From an uncultured Actinomycetota bacterium (lineage in GTDB: Bacteria; Actinomycetota; Actinomycetes; JAHEKZ01): a stretch of DNA of 64,000 bases. The notes beneath the pieces are model-generated. The model was not told the origin of the DNA, did no database searches, and was given only the letters and a program-made list of their open reading frames with translations. The DNA lies in assembly GCA_963829525.1 (NCBI GenBank), contig CAWHIJ010000003.1, forward strand, positions 2,877,647-2,941,646, in the 5' to 3' direction. A program made the position numbers and the translations under genes. Positions 61,851 through 64,000 of the stretch are shown piece by piece. Numbering within the stretch: position 1 is the first letter of the stretch; every line of letters begins with the position of its first letter.

Positions 61851-63000
61851 ATGGTTCAAGATCGTGTAAACAAACGGCGGGTCCTGTGGATCACGAATCT
61901 CGCGGCACCTTATCGACTGCCCGTCTGGGAGTCTCTTGGCAAGCTCTGTGACCTCCAAGTGTAGTTTTTCCGATCAGAGTGACCCCGGCCGCAACCGGTC
62001 CCGAATCGGGCCCGTCGGCCATCATGATCAAGGATTCCCCCCTCTCGCACCTTGCGAGTCGGGCAGCTCCGCCTCCATATGCCACCAACCGGTCTTCAAT
62101 CGGCGGTCGCCGAAGCCGACGCCGTCGTGGTCTCCGGCTGGGAGTCCCCTGCGTATCAGTGGGCACTGCTAAACGCCAAGGCGCGGAGAAAACCGTGCAT
62201 CCTGTTCGATGAATCCGTCTCAGCGTCCCATCGTTTTGGACGCGGTCCCATCGCCGGGGCAAGAACGGCCATAATCCGTGCCTTTGACAGCATTCTCACC
62301 CCCGGTGTCACGGCAACGAATGGCGTTCTGGCGATGGGGGTTAACGCCCGCCACATCGTCACTAGCTTCAACGCAGTCGACGTGGCAGCAACGACCAAGC
62401 CGCTACGAGTGTCGACGATCAGGCTCGAAAGAAGCTCGGTCATAGGTTCATCTTCGTTGGCCGCCTCATTCCCCTAAAGCAGGTCGAGAGGATAATTTCT
62501 GTGCCTACGCTGCAATTCTGTCTTTAAAACGATCTGCCGATGATCGCTGGGGATGGTCCACTCAGGACCCACCTCGAACGGGACGCTGTGAACCTGGGTG
62601 TTGGGGAATCAGTGCGGTTTCTAGGCGAGGTCGCCTATCAATCACTCCCATCCACTTACGCTTCTGCCCATACTCTGGTACTTGCCTCCACGCATGAGGT
62701 GTGGGGGCTTGTTGTGAATGAGGGACTCGCGGCGGGTTTGCACGTGGTCGTCACGGACAACTGTGGAGTTGCCGAATCCGTTTCCGGTATGCGAGGGGTT
62801 CAAGTTGTTCGGAATGATCTTGAGGCTTTAGCGCTCGGCATGAAGCGCAGTAGAGACGAATGGGGGGGGCCCGTCACGAAGCCGGAAGTACTCAAGCACA
62901 CACCCGAGGCCATGGCTCGGGACGCACTTTCCGCAATCCAAATTGGACCAGGATCACTACGGGTGCGCACCCCGAGTCAGCGGCAAGCATGGACGGGATT
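61851..63000 (+). CDS. GT4 glycosyltransferase; frameshifted, end approximate
   Basis: WITNLAAPYRLPVW; VSGWESPAY; FNAVD; FVGRLIPLK; EVWGLVVNEGLAAG. Confidence 0.8.
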
Positions 63001-63049
63001 CCGCATGACCCTTGACCTTCGCAAGCCTCCCCCTCACGTGCGAACAGAT

Positions 63050-64000
63050 CTTGCTTCCGACCGATCCACGCGAGGCGTAAGCCGGGTTTCTGGCCTTCTC
63101 GTGGCTTGGTGGCCCCTCCCATTCATACCTCTTGCAGGTTCGGTTTGCTCTACTCCCCCTCACGTTCAGATACTGGCGCTTCAGATGGTGGAGGGCAGTG
63201 GTGCTATGCACGACAACCTCGATTCTGGCGATTACCCTTTCGGCAGTCGTGAACTCAGCGTCCTTGACTGAAATCGTCATGGCGGCACAACCAGTCGGAT
63301 TCCTTCTTGCCTTCCTGACCTACTTCCTGGATGATCCAAACAGCATCCAACTCGACCGGTTGGTTCGCCTATCTCTACTTCACTGTTGGGTGGCTGGTCG
63401 CATCTACTCTCTTTTTTGCTTCAGGTCCGGACTACAGCGTGTGGAAGTACGGGCAGGCTAGCTCCGAGTGCACTGCTGTTGGCGCTGCTGGTGAGTTTCG
63501 CTTGGCGCAAGGGGCACCTGCCGAACCGCCGATGTAATCATGCTCGCAAGTGCCGGCCTGATGGCGGCTACCGGTATTCGCAACCTTGCCTTAGCGCTTC
63601 TTGTTGGGTGGGGAGCGGTGCATGCGCACAGAGTGATCACTCGGACCAAGATTCAGACAGGCGGGCGACGCCTCCTCGCGGTTGCATTGGTGGCTTTGAC
63701 AATCGTTCTCCTTACTCTCGCGTTCAGTTTGGCAACGTCGCGGGGGATACTCGGCGATAAGCTTGAGGACCAAGTGGCAGATTCAGGGTGGTAATCCTGT
63801 CGCGGTCCTCCTCAACGGCCGACCCGCAGGCGTCGTCGCTGTGGCGTATCTGCCTGAGGTACCTGTGTTCGGATACGGTCCAGAGCGACTACCGCCTTCA
63901 CAATCTCAATCACGCGCATATCAAGACCTCGCTAACCTCGGCGTCACCTCCCCCGCCTACACTCTCGAGACTATTAACACCTCGGCGGGAGTTCAAGCTC
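63050..64000 (+). CDS. Polytopic membrane protein, Wzy/O-antigen ligase-like; fragmented, runs off window
   Basis: Successive hydrophobic segments over several frames; WKYG and GRP motifs; polysaccharide-locus context. Confidence 0.45.

Overview
High-GC actinobacterial chromosome segment, probably a long-read assembly: many otherwise well-conserved genes carry single-base indels, mainly at 24.7-30.4 kb and 50.7-64 kb. Bases 1-17 kb are core Actinomycetes synteny: PIN/TRAM, carD, regX3-senX3/phoU with PHO boxes, gpmA, YbjN, mshA with a sigma-R promoter, alaX, and DUF2516-HBHA-like-XRE. Next come an arsR-acr3/arsI cluster, a ~1,800-aa LPXTG adhesin with 15 Ig-like repeats, and a kce-rsiG-asparaginase operon. 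Divergent from that operon, behind a sigma-28 (WhiG/FliA)-type promoter, lies the most unusual gene. It encodes a PATAN/DUF4388 domain with tandem MshEN-type c-di-GMP motifs, 14 copies of a 19-residue E-x2-A-W-x2-H-x2-W-L helical repeat that I do not recognise, a long Glu/Ala/Arg coil and a KKKKGLFGR tail. Together with twin-motif RsiG and an orphan cyclase-type GAF protein, it suggests a c-di-GMP/sigma-28 module. A second signal is a 48-bp palindromic REP-like family (4 copies), mostly flanked by private minisatellites, with the most perfect copy upstream of an AbiEi-like/DUF559 nuclease gene. The rest holds dtd, ggt, a two-component system with a GerMN lipoprotein facing STAS and degenerate PP2C genes, mobA, an amine oxidase, an AlkZ-like glycosylase and secreted proteins. 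From ~55 kb there is an exopolysaccharide locus (gmd, fcl, priming GT, GT4s, polymerase-like gene) that turns lower in GC after ~57.4 kb. No rRNA, tRNA, CRISPR array, integrase or transposase was recognised. All family calls come from recognising motifs by eye; no searches were run.
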